Of a stretch of DNA of 64,000 bases, positions 46,951-56,554 are shown piece after piece. The stretch is from Clostridiales bacterium. Lineage in GTDB: Bacteria > Bacillota > Clostridia > Christensenellales > UBA1242. The position numbers and the translations under genes were made by a program. Every line of letters starts with the position of its first letter. Position 1 is the stretch's first letter. The stretch is taken from contig SVIV01000001.1 in the NCBI GenBank assembly GCA_015069325.1, positions 81,416 to 145,415 of the forward strand, written 5' to 3'. The notes under the pieces were generated by a model. It did not search any database. It saw only the letters and a list, made by a program, of their open reading frames with translations, and was not told the DNA's origin.

Positions 46951-47094
46951 TTAATTTTTAAAATATAAAGTCGAAAAAGAACTTGTCTTTTGATTGTTAT
47001 GTTTTTCATAGTATTTAAGTCCTAAAAAAGTTACACTCCAAACAAGTATAATTAGTAAGGCTAGCCCAATAATAAACGTAATCTTTTTCTTCAT
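46951..47094 (-). CDS. putative 47-aa single-TM membrane peptide (not in the ORF track)
   Basis: Manual translation MKKKITFIIGLALLIILVWSVTFLGLKYYEKHNNQKTSSFSTLYFKN. No SD, but TGtTAATAT (hexamer 47106-47101) sits 6 nt upstream of the ATG. Confidence 0.4.
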   Translation of the reverse strand: MKKKITFIIGLALLIILVWSVTFLGLKYYEKHNNQKTSSFSTLYFKN

Positions 47095-47196
47095 AATTTA
47101 ATATTAACAAATATCACGGTTAAAGTGAAAAATAAATTTGTTGAAATTTACTGTAAAATGGCGAAAAAACGTGAATTTATAATGATATTTAATTAC

Positions 47197-47225
47197 TTGA
47201 CAAAATCAAAATATGGTGTTAAAAT
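47197..47225 (+). promoter_or_regulatory. metG promoter
   Basis: TTGACA (47197-47202), 17 nt, TGtTAAAAT (hexamer 47220-47225). The leader is too short for a T-box. Confidence 0.7.
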
Positions 47226-47246
47226 ATCATCATAAAAGGGGATAAA

Positions 47247-49244
47247 ATGAAAGAAAAATTTTATATCACAACTGCTATTGCTTATACGTCAGGCAAGCCA
47301 CATATTGGAAACACTTATGAAATCATTATGTCAGATGCAATTGCTAGGGCAAAAAGAATGCAAGGATATGATGTGTTTTTTATGACAGGCACTGATGAAC
47401 ACGGTGAAAAAATTGAACAAAAAGCCGGCGAAAAAGGGCTTTCTCCTAAGGCTTTTGTTGATGAAGTTGCAAAAAACATTCAAGGAATATGGGACTTGAT
47501 GAATATCTCTTATGATAAGTTTATCCGCACTACCGATGATAATCACGAAAAAACTGTTCAAAAAATATTTAAAAAGTTTTATGAGCAAGGGGATATTTAT
47601 AAGGGAAGCTATGAAGGACTGTATTGCACACCTTGTGAAAGTTTTTGGACGGAAAGTCAACTTGTTGATGGCAAATGTCCAGACTGCGGAAGAGAAGTTA
47701 AACCTTCTAAGGAAGAAGCATATTTCTTTAAAATGAGTAGTTATGCAAACAAGCTTTTAAAACATATCATTACAAATCCACAATTTATTCAACCTGTTTC
47801 AAGAAAAAATGAAATGTTAAACAATTTTCTTCTTGCAGATGAATTTGTGGGCAAGAGTGATGAAGAATTGTTGCAGGCAATTGAAAATGGGACAATTAAA
47901 ACAAAGCTTCAAGACCTGTGTGTGAGCAGAAGCACATTCAAGTGGGGAATTCCTGTTGACTTTGATGATAAACATGTTGTTTATGTTTGGCTTGATGCTT
48001 TAAACAACTATATCACAGGCATTGGATATGACACTGAAAATCCAACAGAAATGTATAAAAAACTTTGGCCTGCAGACGTTCACGTCGTGGGGAAAGATAT
48101 TGTTCGTTTCCATGTGATTTACTGGCCTATCTTCTTGATGGCTATGGGGCAAACATTGCCAAAACAAGTTCTTGGGCATCCGTGGCTTTTGCAAGGCGGA
48201 GAAAAGATGAGTAAATCTAAAGGTAACGTTTTATATGCTGATGATTTAGCAGGTATTTTTGGTGTTGACAGTGTAAGATATTATGTTTTAAGTCAAATGC
48301 CATTTGCTACAGATGGGACTATAACTTGGGAGCTTCTTTGTGAGAAAAACAACGCGGATTTATCGAATATTTTAGGCAATCTTGTTAAAAGAACTCTTGG
48401 AATGAGCAATCAATATTTTTGTGGAAAGATTGTAAATTATGGTGTTGAAGAAGACTATGATAAAGACTTTATTGAAAGTGCAAAAGCAATGAGAAATAAA
48501 GTTTTTGCGAAATTAAATGAATATAAAGTTTCTGATGCAATTGATGAACTTTGGGCGTTGTTTAGAAAAGCAAATCAATATATTGATAAGGCTGAACCTT
48601 GGAATTTAAATAAAGATGAAAGCAAAAAAGAGAGACTTTCAACAGTTTTATTTAATCTTCTTGAAGCAATAAATATTGGTGCAAATTTACTTGTTCCGTT
48701 TATGCCTGAAACTGCAAAGAAAATTTTTGGCGAACTCAATACTAAGCAAAGAGAATTTGAAGATTTAAATAAATTTGGATTGACAAAAGAATATAATGTT
48801 ACTAAAGAACCTCAAATTCTTTTCAATCGAATTCGTATGCAAGAGATACAAGCTCAAATAGATGAAATTGTTGCAAATCAAAAGGCAGAAAACGCACCAA
48901 CCATTGAGTTTGAAGAAGTAGAACCAATTACAATTGATGACTTTGCAAAAGTTCAAATGAAAGTAGGACTGGTGGTTGACTGTGAAGCAGTTCCAAAAAG
49001 TAAATTACTTCATTCAACAGTTAAAGTTGGTAATAAAACATTTTCAATTTTAAGTGGAATTGCAAAAGCTTATACTCCACAGCAAATGATAGGCAAAAAG
49101 GTTGTGGTGGTTACAAATCTTCCAAAACGTGAAATGAAAGGATTTATAAGTGAAGGAATGATTGTTTGTGGGGAAGATGAAGTAGGCAACATCTCGCTTC
49201 TCTGCCCAGAACGCAATATCCAAGATGGAAGTTCAATAAGCTAA
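47247..49244 (+). CDS. metG: methionine--tRNA ligase with C-terminal tRNA-binding (Trbp111/EMAP-like) domain
   Basis: HIGN motif (SGKPHIGNTYE), zinc knuckle CTPC...CPDCG, KMSKS (GGEKMSKSKGN), and C-terminal FAKVQMKVGLVVDCEAVPKSKLL. Confidence 0.97.
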   Translation: MKEKFYITTAIAYTSGKPHIGNTYEIIMSDAIARAKRMQGYDVFFMTGTDEHGEKIEQKAGEKGLSPKAFVDEVAKNIQGIWDLMNISYDKFIRTTDDNHEKTVQKIFKKFYEQGDIYKGSYEGLYCTPCESFWTESQLVDGKCPDCGREVKPSKEEAYFFKMSSYANKLLKHIITNPQFIQPVSRKNEMLNNFLLADEFVGKSDEELLQAIENGTIKTKLQDLCVSRSTFKWGIPVDFDDKHVVYVWLDALNNYITGIGYDTENPTEMYKKLWPADVHVVGKDIVRFHVIYWPIFLMAMGQTLPKQVLGHPWLLQGGEKMSKSKGNVLYADDLAGIFGVDSVRYYVLSQMPFATDGTITWELLCEKNNADLSNILGNLVKRTLGMSNQYFCGKIVNYGVEEDYDKDFIESAKAMRNKVFAKLNEYKVSDAIDELWALFRKANQYIDKAEPWNLNKDESKKERLSTVLFNLLEAINIGANLLVPFMPETAKKIFGELNTKQREFEDLNKFGLTKEYNVTKEPQILFNRIRMQEIQAQIDEIVANQKAENAPTIEFEEVEPITIDDFAKVQMKVGLVVDCEAVPKSKLLHSTVKVGNKTFSILSGIAKAYTPQQMIGKKVVVVTNLPKREMKGFISEGMIVCGEDEVGNISLLCPERNIQDGSSIS

Positions 49245-49273
49245 AAACAACAGCAAATTTTGCTGTTGTTTTT
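49243..49273 (+). terminator. rho-independent terminator after metG
   Basis: AAAAACAACAGCA (49243-49255) / TGCTGTTGTTTTT (49261-49273), 5-nt loop. Confidence 0.85.
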
Positions 49274-49624
49274 GTTTGGAGTGTGTTTGTGAAAATTTTA
49301 GTGGAATATTATTTTTAGGAATTAGGTTGAAATGTTTTGCATTTTAATAGTGTATTGTTGATTTAATAACAACTAAAAAAGAACAAAAAATAATTAAATT
49401 CAAAAAATATATAAAAATTTTATTAAAAATGTAAAAAAATATTGTTTTTAATTAAAAAATAAATATTTTCGATTTTTTTACATTTTTTTATTAATTGTTT
49501 TTATTCATTAAATAAATTTTCCATTTTTTTTTAATTAAAATTTTTTCATTAAAAACAAAAAATTATTTAAATTTAATTGTTGAAAATAATTAAAAATGGT
49601 AATATATAGTAAAAGGAGAGTGTT

Positions 49625-52288
49625 ATGAGTGCGTCAATAGTTAGTTTAATTGTATCTTTGCTATTTGTTGTAATCCTAGTATGTGGATTTTTGGTGGGAT
49701 TGTGGCGGGGCTTAAAACGATCTGCAGTCAATATGGCGTTTGCTTTTGTTGGGGTGCTGATAGCATTTTTTGTTACGCCTTTTATTACAAATGCGTTGCT
49801 TGGAATCAATATCAATATTGATGGGCAATCAATACCATTGAGAGAAATTGCATTATATCTTTTTCAGCAAGAGCCAGATATGGCAGTAATAATTGAAACA
49901 AATGCAAATCTCAAAACCCTTGTTTTAAATTTACCTAGTGCAGTTTTAAATGCAGTATTGTTTATGGTGGTTACTGCTGTTATTGAAAGTATTTTATATA
50001 TAGTTTATAAGATTCTTGCAAAAACAGTATTTAAATATCGTGCGAGTGAAAATAAACATCGTGTTTGGGGCGGTGTTGTAGGTTTAGTAAAAACGTTCTT
50101 AATTGCGTTTGTTGTCTTTATGCCTTTTTCAAGTTTAATTGGGCTTGTTGGCTCAATGACTGGCAATTCAATTCAACACTCGCAAGAAACGCAAGTTGCT
50201 TATGCAGATGGAGAAAATAAACAAACTCCACAATCATTACTTTCATCGCTAATGCCAACTGAAGTCATTGAAATTATAAACGGGCTTGATGAAAACATTT
50301 GGACTAGCGTTTGTGGGATTGGTGGAATTGATGATGCAATGTTTGATTATTATGCAAACGTTGAAATTGAAGGTGAAAAACTATTAATAAGGGAAGAAAT
50401 TTCAAATGCTTATCAAACAGCAAACACTATTTATGGGGTATCACAAGTTTTAGAAAATCCAATTTATTCAATTAAATCTTTAAATTGGGACGAGCTGGAA
50501 AAAATAGTTGACGGACTTGTTGAAGGCGGACTTTTTAGGCTTGTTGTTGCAGAGACATTAGGCGAAATGTTGGTAAATTATCAAGATTATGATTTAGTGA
50601 ATTCAATTCCTTATGAAAGTGTATTAGAAAATATTTCTCAAGGATTGGAAGCAGAAAAGGTTGTAAATGGAAGTTATGCAGGCTATTTTGAAAAAGATAT
50701 AAAGATTTTATATGATGTTTTCAGAATCATTGCCGAAAGCGGAATGTTTGATGAAATTGCTTTACTTACACAGCCAAATATGATTGAAGTTGTATCTATT
50801 TTGACAAATGAAGATAATAGTGTAAGTATAAACAACGCTTTAAAAAATATATTTAAAATGAATATGTTTAGGGCGAGTGCAGAAACGGTTTCACAAGAAA
50901 TAGTAGATGCTATTTTCGTAGAAGAAAATAAGGTTATTAGTGTTGATACTTCTACTTGGACGGAACAAGATTGGGAAGATGAAGCAGATTCATTTATGAA
51001 CATTCTTTCAGCTTTTGCTGAAGTTGCATCTCTTCCTTTAGACGAGATTATTGAATCTCCTACGAAGATTCTTAATAAAGAAAAAAACTATAATATCAAA
51101 GGGATATTATCTGCTACCGGCAAACTTTTAGATGCAGTGCCAAACGCAAAATTATTCTTTGCAGATGATGGGAAAAGTGTTTTTATCTCACTTGTTGAAA
51201 GTATGAATTTCTCTTTACCTACACAAAAGGTTTATAATGTAAAGGGTGAAGAAGTAACAATTGACAATTACGAAAAGTTTTTTGAATTTGTTGCAGATCC
51301 TATTATACAGTTAAGAGACAACGAAATGTATAATTTCTTTACTTCAAGTAATGTTGATGTTGTAGGATTTGCTGATATCCTTAGTGCTGAAGGGAATAAA
51401 AATTTATTATGTGAAATTTTGTTGCCACTTTATCAAATTGACTTTACAAAAGAAATCCTTGATGAAATTTTAGATTTTTCTAGCTTAGGCGAATTTGAAA
51501 AAGAAATTGATATGTTTAATGCAATGAAAAGTGAAATTGAATATTTCTCAGAATTTTTAGTTAATTTAAACTCAAAATCAACTACTGTTGAATCTCAGTC
51601 TTACACATATCTTGAACTTGTTTTAGATTCGACTAAATCATCGTATTTGCTTGATGCTCTTTCTCCAAGCGATGTTGTTACCATATTCCAACCTTTGTTC
51701 TATATGCAAACTGATACAATTACAGAAAACATTTCTATTATTGACATAAAGAAAGATATAATTGGGCAAATGATGAATGTTTTAGAGAAAATAACAGGAT
51801 CTGAAATCTCTTATTCAGAAGACTTGACAGGTTATACATTTAAAGAAAATAGCACTGAAGACCAAACTGCAGAATTTTTAGCGGTTATGGAAGGGCTTAT
51901 TAAAATTAATAAAAACAAGGCTTCAAATGGAGATATTGATATTAAAACAATTGATAACACTACTTTAGGCGAAACTCTTGAAAAAATGAAAGCTAATGCA
52001 TATCGCACTTCAAACGGAAAATCGCAAACGGGAATTTTTGGTGGTGAAAGTGGAGCTTTTGTTGCAATAATAAACAAAGCAAAAACTGAATACGAAACAG
52101 AAATTAATTCAATTCCAATTGTCGTTCAAAATGCAACAATTCTTGGAATAAGCGACGAAGATGCGGCAAGATATCAATCATATTATGACAATCTCACTGC
52201 TGGTGATTTTGATGCAATCAATTATGAGAATATGTTTGCTGATTTTGCAGAAATTAGTGACCTGCGAAATCAAATGCCATCAGCATAA
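49625..52288 (+). CDS. 887-aa membrane protein: CvpA-like N-terminal TM bundle plus a large acidic domain of unknown function
   Basis: SD AAGGAGAG. N-terminus SLIVSLLFVVILVCGFLVGLWRGLKRSAVNMAFAFVGVLIAFFVTPF resembles the CvpA family. About 4 TM in the first ~190 aa. Ends 15 nt before rsmH. Confidence 0.6.
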   Translation: MSASIVSLIVSLLFVVILVCGFLVGLWRGLKRSAVNMAFAFVGVLIAFFVTPFITNALLGININIDGQSIPLREIALYLFQQEPDMAVIIETNANLKTLVLNLPSAVLNAVLFMVVTAVIESILYIVYKILAKTVFKYRASENKHRVWGGVVGLVKTFLIAFVVFMPFSSLIGLVGSMTGNSIQHSQETQVAYADGENKQTPQSLLSSLMPTEVIEIINGLDENIWTSVCGIGGIDDAMFDYYANVEIEGEKLLIREEISNAYQTANTIYGVSQVLENPIYSIKSLNWDELEKIVDGLVEGGLFRLVVAETLGEMLVNYQDYDLVNSIPYESVLENISQGLEAEKVVNGSYAGYFEKDIKILYDVFRIIAESGMFDEIALLTQPNMIEVVSILTNEDNSVSINNALKNIFKMNMFRASAETVSQEIVDAIFVEENKVISVDTSTWTEQDWEDEADSFMNILSAFAEVASLPLDEIIESPTKILNKEKNYNIKGILSATGKLLDAVPNAKLFFADDGKSVFISLVESMNFSLPTQKVYNVKGEEVTIDNYEKFFEFVADPIIQLRDNEMYNFFTSSNVDVVGFADILSAEGNKNLLCEILLPLYQIDFTKEILDEILDFSSLGEFEKEIDMFNAMKSEIEYFSEFLVNLNSKSTTVESQSYTYLELVLDSTKSSYLLDALSPSDVVTIFQPLFYMQTDTITENISIIDIKKDIIGQMMNVLEKITGSEISYSEDLTGYTFKENSTEDQTAEFLAVMEGLIKINKNKASNGDIDIKTIDNTTLGETLEKMKANAYRTSNGKSQTGIFGGESGAFVAIINKAKTEYETEINSIPIVVQNATILGISDEDAARYQSYYDNLTAGDFDAINYENMFADFAEISDLRNQMPSA

Positions 52289-52303
52289 AACAAAAGGATA
52301 AAA

Positions 52304-53236
52304 ATGGAATTTAAACACAAACCAGTTCTTTTAGATGAAGTAATCGAAGGGCTGAATATACAAGAAAACGGAATTTATATAGATTGCACAATGGGTGGTG
52401 GTGGACATTCGTCTGTTATCGCCCAGAGTCTATCTGAAAAAGGCAAATTAATTGGTTTTGATAGAGATATTGATGCTGTAAATGTTTGCTCGCAAAAGTT
52501 CGCAAAAGACAAGAGAGTAACAATAATTCATTCGAATTATAAAGATGCTCCAGAAAAACTAACAGCAATGGGAATTAATGAGTTTGATGGACTTCTCATT
52601 GATTTGGGCGTGAGTTCCTATCAACTCGATAATGGGGAGCGCGGTTTTAGTTTTAATAATGATGGCCCGCTTGATATGAGAATGGATACAAGTCAGGAAC
52701 TTGACGCTTATTACGTTGTAAACAACTATGCACCTGAAAGATTGATACAAATTTTATATCGTTATGGCGAAGAAGACAATGCAAAACGTATTGTGCAAAA
52801 GATATGTGAATATCGAAAAGATAAGCCTATCGAAACAACAAAACAGCTTAAAGAAATTATCGAAAGTGCATTTCCTAAAAAGGTCATTTATGGCAAAGGC
52901 GGAGTGTCTAAAAAAACATTTCAAGCAATTCGTATTGAAGTAAATGACGAGCTTGATGGTTTGGATAAAACAGTTGAAACCTTGGCAGGAATGCTCAAAA
53001 AAGGCGGAAGAATGGCAGTAATAACCTTTCATAGTCTTGAAGACCGCATAGTTAAAAATGTTTTTAAGGATCTTTCGACAGGGTGTGTTTGTCCGCCCAA
53101 AATACCAGTTTGTATTTGTGGGCATAAGGCAAGCGTAAAACTCGTTAATCGCAAGCCTATAATTGCTGGTGAAAATGAATTAAATGACAATTCTCGTGCG
53201 AGCAGTGCAAAACTAAGGGTGATTGAAAAATTATAA
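52304..53236 (+). CDS. rsmH: 16S rRNA (cytosine1402-N4)-methyltransferase
   Basis: HKPVLLDEVIEGL...DCTMGGGGHS...DLGVSSYQLD...GFSF...DMRMD...ITFHSLEDRIVK. Confidence 0.96.
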   Translation: MEFKHKPVLLDEVIEGLNIQENGIYIDCTMGGGGHSSVIAQSLSEKGKLIGFDRDIDAVNVCSQKFAKDKRVTIIHSNYKDAPEKLTAMGINEFDGLLIDLGVSSYQLDNGERGFSFNNDGPLDMRMDTSQELDAYYVVNNYAPERLIQILYRYGEEDNAKRIVQKICEYRKDKPIETTKQLKEIIESAFPKKVIYGKGGVSKKTFQAIRIEVNDELDGLDKTVETLAGMLKKGGRMAVITFHSLEDRIVKNVFKDLSTGCVCPPKIPVCICGHKASVKLVNRKPIIAGENELNDNSRASSAKLRVIEKL

Positions 53237-53269
53237 AAAAGAATATATACAAAAGGGGGCGAATATATT

Positions 53270-53914
53270 ATGAGTGAGAAATCTTTGCTGGTAGAAATTG
53301 AAAAAGAGCAGAAACAAAAAATTGAAGAAAAATTTGCTCTTGAAAAAGAAATGAGAGAAGATAAGGCGAAGGAAGATGCTTTGAAAGAAGGAAAGAAACT
53401 AAATCTTTTTTCATCTGCAACATTTCAAAAAAGGAATCAACAACTTATTATGCAACGCCAGCAAGAAGATGCTGAACTTGCCAAGATTGAAAGCAAGGTT
53501 TCTCAAGTAATAGAAAAGCCTAATTATGATTTAATTGAAGCCCTTTCAATGGAAGAAAAGGAAAAAATTTTCAAAATTGAAAAGGAAGAGACGGTTAAGC
53601 CTAAAGTTCGATTTGGGAAACTGAAAACTATTGTCTTGGCGATTTTATTTGCTATTTTTGGCGTTTGGGGGGTAATAAATATTACCAAACTTGATGCGTT
53701 GAATTCATCGGTTGCTGAAATTGAAAGCATTTACCATTTGAATCTTGCATCGTATGCTAAAAATTTAGCAACATTAGATGCAACAAGTGCTGACAATATG
53801 GAAAATCTTCTTCCAACAATTTCAGACAAGGAGCTCCCTGCAACAAGTATTGGCGAGCAATCAAATTGGTTTGACCGATTTTGTAATTTCATAGCAGGCT
53901 TATTTGGAGGTTAA
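53270..53914 (+). CDS. bitopic membrane protein in the FtsL position of the dcw cluster (FtsL-like, long charged N-terminus)
   Basis: Single TM LKTIVLAILFAIFGVWGVINI in the middle, Lys/Glu-rich N-terminal ~115 aa, short extracytoplasmic tail. The assignment is positional only. Confidence 0.4.
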   Translation: MSEKSLLVEIEKEQKQKIEEKFALEKEMREDKAKEDALKEGKKLNLFSSATFQKRNQQLIMQRQQEDAELAKIESKVSQVIEKPNYDLIEALSMEEKEKIFKIEKEETVKPKVRFGKLKTIVLAILFAIFGVWGVINITKLDALNSSVAEIESIYHLNLASYAKNLATLDATSADNMENLLPTISDKELPATSIGEQSNWFDRFCNFIAGLFGG

Positions 53915-53916
53915 TC

Positions 53917-55803
53917 TTGCAAAAAGCCTTTACTCTATATTCATTAAAAAAGAGGATATTGGCTATTGTTATAGCAATATCCTTTATTTTTTCTGCACTT
54001 ATTATAAGGTTGTTTATAATTCAAATAATTAATGGCTCGTCTTTGCAGGCGAAGGCTACAGACCAGTGGACAAGAGATTTAAAGATTATTGCTCAACGTG
54101 GCAAAGTTGTCGATAGGACAGGTTCAGCCCTTGCTGTAAGCTACACAACTTACAACGTGTATGTTCGTTCAAGAGAAGTGCAAAATACAAGCGTAGTCGC
54201 GAATATTCTTTCGTCAGAGTTGAGTCTTTCGTTTGAAAAAATTTATACAAAAATAAAAAATAATAATGCAAGTGAAGTTTTAATTAAAATGCAGGTAGAA
54301 GGGGAAGTGGTTGAAAAGATTTATAATCACAATTTAAAAGGGGTGTATTTTGCTGAAACAGCAAATAGATATTATCCTTATGGAAACTTGCTTTCTCAGG
54401 TTTTGGGTTTTATATCAATAGATAATGTAGGTCAAAGTGGAATAGAAGCGTATTATGACAATTATCTAAAGGGCGTTGATGGATTTAGCTATGTTCAAAG
54501 CGACTTGCAAGGTAAAGAAATAGGCGGAAGTTTAAGATATTACTATCCAAGTCAGTCAGGCGAAGATTTATTGTTGACTATAGATAGTAAAATGCAGATT
54601 ATTTTAGAAAGTTCACTTGAGAAAATTATGGTAGAACAAAAATCAAAAAGCGCAACAGGGATTATTCTAGATGTAGTGTCTGGCGGTATCTTAGCACTGT
54701 CTTCCAAGCCAAGTTTTGATTTAAATGAAATTCCTAGAGATGATTTGAGTTTACTGTTTGAACAAAGCAAGGTTAAAGCGATAACAGATATTTACGAACC
54801 AGGTTCCACCTTTAAAATTCTTACGGTTGCTGCCGCACTTGAAGAAGGGTTGACTAGCGAAAATGATAGGTTTTATTGTCCGGGTTACAGAATAGTAGAT
54901 GGAATAAAAATAAAATGTTGGCGCACAATTGGACACGGAAGCCAAACATTGATAGAAGCATTTGCAAACTCTTGCAATTGTTGTTTTATGGATTTAGCTT
55001 TGCGACTAGGAGTAGATAAATTTTATGAATATGCGGCAAGGTTTGGATTAGGTCAAAAAACAGGTGTGGATATGAGTGGGGAAGCGAGTGGAATATTGAT
55101 GAACAAAAGTCAAGTCAAAAATGTTGACCTTGCACGTATGGGATTTGGTCACGCAATAGCACTTACTCCTATGCAACTTGTTTCAGCTGTATCTTCAATT
55201 GTTAATGGCGGTTATTATAATAGTCCGCATTTAATAGATTTAAACAATAATGAAAATATCAATAAAAAATTCCTTCATAAAGAAGGTGTTATAAGTCAAA
55301 TCACTACACAAATGGTAAATAAATTACTTGAATTTGCAGAGAATAAAACTGGCAAATGGACGTTTGTTGAAGGGTATAATGTAGGGGGAAAAACAGGCAC
55401 TGCGCAAAAGTATAAAGAAGGTGGGGGAATTGACCAAGGCAAATATATTTCAAGCTTTATTGGCACCTATCCTGCGGATAATCCAAGATATATTGTTTTT
55501 GTGATGGTTGATGAGCCAAGTGCGGGGGCGTATTATGGAAGCATTGTTGCAGCTCCTTACGGCAAAGAAATTTTTAGTGGAATGTTTGATTATTTGGCGG
55601 AGAAGAAACAAAGCGAACAGGTAATGATTGAATATGTTGAAATGCCAGACTTGCAAGGGAAGTCGTTATCGGAAAGTATAATTTTGTTGAAATCGCAAGA
55701 TTTCGAGTATGAGATAGATGGCGAAGGAGAATATGTTTTAAAGCAGTTGCCGCCTGCAGGGACAACATTACAAAAAGGTGATACAGTGCTTCTTATAACA
55801 TAA
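53917..55803 (+). CDS. class B penicillin-binding protein (FtsI/PBP2B-like transpeptidase) with C-terminal PASTA domain
   Basis: TTG start 6 nt after GGAGG. N-terminal TM. Motifs STFK (PGSTFKILT), SCN, KTGT. PASTA tail MPDLQGKSLSESIILLKSQDFEYEIDG...GDTVLLIT. Confidence 0.9.
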   Translation: MQKAFTLYSLKKRILAIVIAISFIFSALIIRLFIIQIINGSSLQAKATDQWTRDLKIIAQRGKVVDRTGSALAVSYTTYNVYVRSREVQNTSVVANILSSELSLSFEKIYTKIKNNNASEVLIKMQVEGEVVEKIYNHNLKGVYFAETANRYYPYGNLLSQVLGFISIDNVGQSGIEAYYDNYLKGVDGFSYVQSDLQGKEIGGSLRYYYPSQSGEDLLLTIDSKMQIILESSLEKIMVEQKSKSATGIILDVVSGGILALSSKPSFDLNEIPRDDLSLLFEQSKVKAITDIYEPGSTFKILTVAAALEEGLTSENDRFYCPGYRIVDGIKIKCWRTIGHGSQTLIEAFANSCNCCFMDLALRLGVDKFYEYAARFGLGQKTGVDMSGEASGILMNKSQVKNVDLARMGFGHAIALTPMQLVSAVSSIVNGGYYNSPHLIDLNNNENINKKFLHKEGVISQITTQMVNKLLEFAENKTGKWTFVEGYNVGGKTGTAQKYKEGGGIDQGKYISSFIGTYPADNPRYIVFVMVDEPSAGAYYGSIVAAPYGKEIFSGMFDYLAEKKQSEQVMIEYVEMPDLQGKSLSESIILLKSQDFEYEIDGEGEYVLKQLPPAGTTLQKGDTVLLIT

Positions 55804-55809
55804 ATTTGC

Positions 55810-55838
55810 TTGTATTTTGTGAGAAAATGGATTATAAT
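55810..55838 (+). promoter_or_regulatory. promoter abutting the ATG of the first zinc peptidase gene
   Basis: TTGTAT (55810-55815), 17 nt, TATAAT (55833-55838), 6 nt, ATG at 55845. No SD. Confidence 0.45.
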
Positions 55839-55844
55839 AAAAAT

Positions 55845-56546
55845 ATGACGATTTGGATAGTTGTGGGAGTAATTGCTTTTGCTGTGCTTATATGCTTTTT
55901 GCTTGCAATAGCAAACTTTGCAGGTGAAAGGTTTTTTGAGAGATATGAAGAAGTGGATAAGGTTTTCATAAACAATAATTTAACCCCACTTGGTTTTGCA
56001 AATAGCATTAATCAAAAATATTTTAATGGAAAACTTAGTGTAATCCCTATTTCTTCGCTTGCAAGCGATGCCTATAGCAAACAAAAATTGTTTTTGTCAG
56101 ATAAAACATTGTCAACAAATTCAGTTGCATCTTTCGCAATAATTGCACACGAACTGGGGCATGCAATGCAGGATAATGAAGGCAATAAACTTAAAAGGTT
56201 GTTCGCCTTCAGGCGTCTTGGTCGAATTTTGTCAATGCTATTTGTTCCTGCAATTATTGTAGGAGTGGTGTTAATGCTGTTTAATCTTATGCTTTGGGGG
56301 GTATTATCTTTAAGTATTGGTGGTGGAATACTCTTTATGTCTTTTGCTATTAAGTTGAGAACCATTTACCTTGAAAAAGATGCAAGTCAAAAAGCATTAA
56401 AACTTTTAGAAGGTGTTTTGACTGAAGATGAGCTTGAAATTGCAAAACAGTTTACAAATGATGCAAAACTTACCTATTGGGCAGACTTTTTAAGATTATT
56501 GTTATGGTGGACGGCATTAAGTAAAAAATCAAAACTATTTAATTAG
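55845..56546 (+). CDS. membrane zinc metallopeptidase, Zn_peptidase_2 (PF04298-like) family, divergent paralog 1
   Basis: ATG 55845 is preferred (MTIWIVVGVIAFAVLICF TM start, as in the paralog). HExxH motif IAHELGHAMQD. C-terminal TM pair. Confidence 0.7.
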   Translation: MTIWIVVGVIAFAVLICFLLAIANFAGERFFERYEEVDKVFINNNLTPLGFANSINQKYFNGKLSVIPISSLASDAYSKQKLFLSDKTLSTNSVASFAIIAHELGHAMQDNEGNKLKRLFAFRRLGRILSMLFVPAIIVGVVLMLFNLMLWGVLSLSIGGGILFMSFAIKLRTIYLEKDASQKALKLLEGVLTEDELEIAKQFTNDAKLTYWADFLRLLLWWTALSKKSKLFN

Positions 56547-56554
56547 GAGTAATT

